From sequence record SRR31156797_2251: a stretch of 39,041 bases of DNA; one strand, written 5' to 3'. The translations under genes were made by a program, and so were the position numbers. This document shows positions 37,283-39,041 of the stretch, piece by piece. Below the pieces are notes generated by a model. That model was not told where the DNA came from. It saw nothing but the letters and a program-made list of their open reading frames with translations, and made no database searches. Position 1 is the first letter of the stretch. Every line of letters starts with the position of its first letter.

Positions 37283-38092
37283 CTAGTTTCCGGGCTCCAA
37301 AGGATAACCCAGTTTGATCCAGCGTCGCATCCCGAAGCGAAGACCCTTTACGTTGGTGTAATGGTGGAGATGCAAGTATCTCATGACCAACGCGTCCCGA
37401 TTCCCGGTCTCAGTGACAGTGATAACCTGTCCCGTTCTTGGAATGGCTTGCCTCACCTCCGGTTTGCGTAGATCATCAAACAGAATCCGCAAGGTTGGGC
37501 AGCTGGTTTTAATCGATGGTACGGCCTTATCTGTTGAAAGAAAATACTCAGTTCGCAGGTCCAGAATGGTTAAAAAACAATTTCCTTTGTCATCCCGGCA
37601 CTCCATTTCTTCCGTTTCTTTGATTGCTTGAAGCAGTTCTTCGGATGAAATGAACGGGGTCTCGCATTCAGGAAGATTTTCAATTACATCCAGTGCATGT
37701 CCGGCTTTTTTCCAATCCTTGATGCCGCCATTGTAGATTTTGATATTCCGAAAACCAAGATATTTTACGGCAACTGCCGCTTTGTAGGCGAAAACTCACC
37801 TGTACCCCATTCAGTAAGTGACGATCAATCTGTCCTTGTCTTGGCCCAGCCGGCCCTGCAACTCCTTGATCCTGCTCCAGGGAACATTAACGGATCCGGG
37901 GATAGAAGCATTACGGTAGATCATTTCATCGAGGCTGTTCAGCAGCAGAAAATCGATTTTTCCCGCATCTCTGTCTTCCAGCATCTGAACCAGTTGTTGA
38001 GTGGTGACAATATCGAATCGTTCCAAAGCGTAGGCAGGAAAGGACCACGCCAGCACGATGAACAACCCAATTCGGATCAATTTCCTCATCAT
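37283..38092 (-). CDS. Secreted tandem-rhodanese protein with two in-frame UGA codons (predicted double selenoprotein, about 269 aa)
   Basis: AGGAGGT RBS; signal peptide ending AYA; IPGSVNVPW...LIVTY-TGA-MGYR-TGA-VFAYKAA...LGFRNIKIYNGGIKDW. The frame runs on without stops into the 37606-37283 ORF (second rhodanese fold, GLRFGMRRW..LGYP). Confidence 0.85.
37767..37801 (-). promoter_or_regulatory. Two adjacent SECIS-like hairpins
   Basis: AGGTGA-GTTT-TCGCCT (loop begins 15 nt after the first TGA) and GCGGC-AGTT-GCCGT (loop begins 20 nt after the second TGA); both loops contain G. Confidence 0.55.
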
Positions 38093-38142
38093 GACCTCCT
38101 GATTTCTAAAAGAATACCCTATCAACTCAGTATAGTTCATGT

Positions 38143-38170
38143 ACAATAGAGTTTTTTTTGAGATTGTCAA
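38143..38170 (-). promoter_or_regulatory. Possible sigma70 promoter for the rhodanese-kinase unit
   Basis: TTGACA-16 bp-TATTGT. Confidence 0.4.
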
Positions 38171-38351
38171 ACACATAAATATCCATGACCGTCATCATAA
38201 TGTAATGGGGGACCTTATTGGATTATAAGATCTATTTCCGTTGGGCGCGTTCTCGAGGTCTCGGGCGGTTATCACTCTCAATATGTGAAAAAATCGAATA
38301 ATCCAATGGTCGGCCCTTTCCCCACACAATGGGCATCTTCCGTCAAAAGGC

Positions 38352-39041
38352 TCACAAGAGATTTTCAAAAAAATCGTTACCCTTGTCATCTACCAGGATA
38401 AATGCGGGGAAATCCTTGACCGTGATCTCATAGACGGCTTCCATGCCCAGTTCCGGATATTCAAGCACTTTCACCTGGGTGATGCACTCTTTCCCGAGAC
38501 GCGCCGCGGGACCGCCGATGGATCCCAGATAGAATCCGCCATAGGCTTTGCATGCATCGGTCACCTGCCGGGAACGGTTCCCTTTGGCCAGCATCACCAT
38601 GGATCCGCCCCGTTTCTGGAAAACGGGAACATAGGGATCCATGCGGGCGGCCGTTGTGGGGCCGAAAGAGCCGGACGCATATCCTTCGGGCGTTTTGGCC
38701 GGCCCCGCATAGTAAATGATGTGGTCTTTCATATACCGCGGTAAATCTTCACCGGCATCCAGGCGCTCCTTGAGCTTGGCATGGGCCATATCCCGGCCCA
38801 CCACAATTTTTCCGGTGAGCAACAGGGGCGTGGCCACGGGGTATTTTGTCAGGATTGCCCGAATCTCATCCATGGGCCGGTTCAGATCAATCCGCACGGC
38901 ATCTTCAAAGGCGCTGTCAAGGGAGGGCAGATATTTGGCGGGCTCGGCTTCAAGCTGCTCCAGGAAAATCCCATCCCGGTTGATTTTCCCTTTGACATTG
39001 CGGTCCGCACTGCAACTGACGCCCATTCCGATGGGGCAGGA
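38352..39041 (-). CDS. Class I (Fe-S) fumarate hydratase, 3' part; start lies beyond the window
   Basis: [69 protein letters not shown]. Confidence 0.95.
   Translation of the reverse strand, partial: SCPIGMGVSCSADRNVKGKINRDGIFLEQLEAEPAKYLPSLDSAFEDAVRIDLNRPMDEIRAILTKYPVATPLLLTGKIVVGRDMAHAKLKERLDAGEDLPRYMKDHIIYYAGPAKTPEGYASGSFGPTTAARMDPYVPVFQKRGGSMVMLAKGNRSRQVTDACKAYGGFYLGSIGGPAARLGKECITQVKVLEYPELGMEAVYEITVKDFPAFILVDDKGNDFFENLL

Noticed and set aside
37283-38176. Treating 38176-37811 and 37606-37283 as two small genes or a pseudogene
   Set aside because: They share one frame, the gap encodes the conserved second half of the rhodanese fold, and both interruptions are TGA in the active-site loop. 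Recoding explains this better.

Overview
Chromosomal window from a probably anaerobic, Desulfobacterota-like bacterium (inferred from gene content). In order it holds: a truncated DEAD-box RNA helicase; two tandem YrbG-type Ca2+/Na+ antiporters; an 856-aa MBL-hydrolase/GNAT-like fusion; a CNT/NupC nucleoside transporter; MucR/Ros; a 7-gene V/A-type ATPase operon in the order B-D-I-K-E-C-A; a small island of broken and intact toxin-antitoxin modules; a livKHMGF + M20 hydrolase operon; a signal-peptide-bearing eukaryote-like pyrophosphatase; YaiI; bioAFDB; an orphan PAS kinase; a Tat-exported MBL hydrolase; an isolated integron-like cassette beside a miniature inverted-repeat element; a hybrid sensor kinase; and the 3' part of a class I fumarase. 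The ORF track misses two signals. (1) A secreted tandem-rhodanese gene (38092-37283, minus strand) is split by two in-frame TGA codons placed exactly in the active-site loop (Y-U-M-G-Y-R-U). Each TGA is followed by a SECIS-like hairpin, and the gene sits 13 bp upstream of the hybrid kinase, so this is a candidate double-selenocysteine periplasmic sensor system. (2) A complete Phe/Tyr/Trp-rich leader-peptide attenuator precedes the uncharacterised MBL-GNAT fusion gene.
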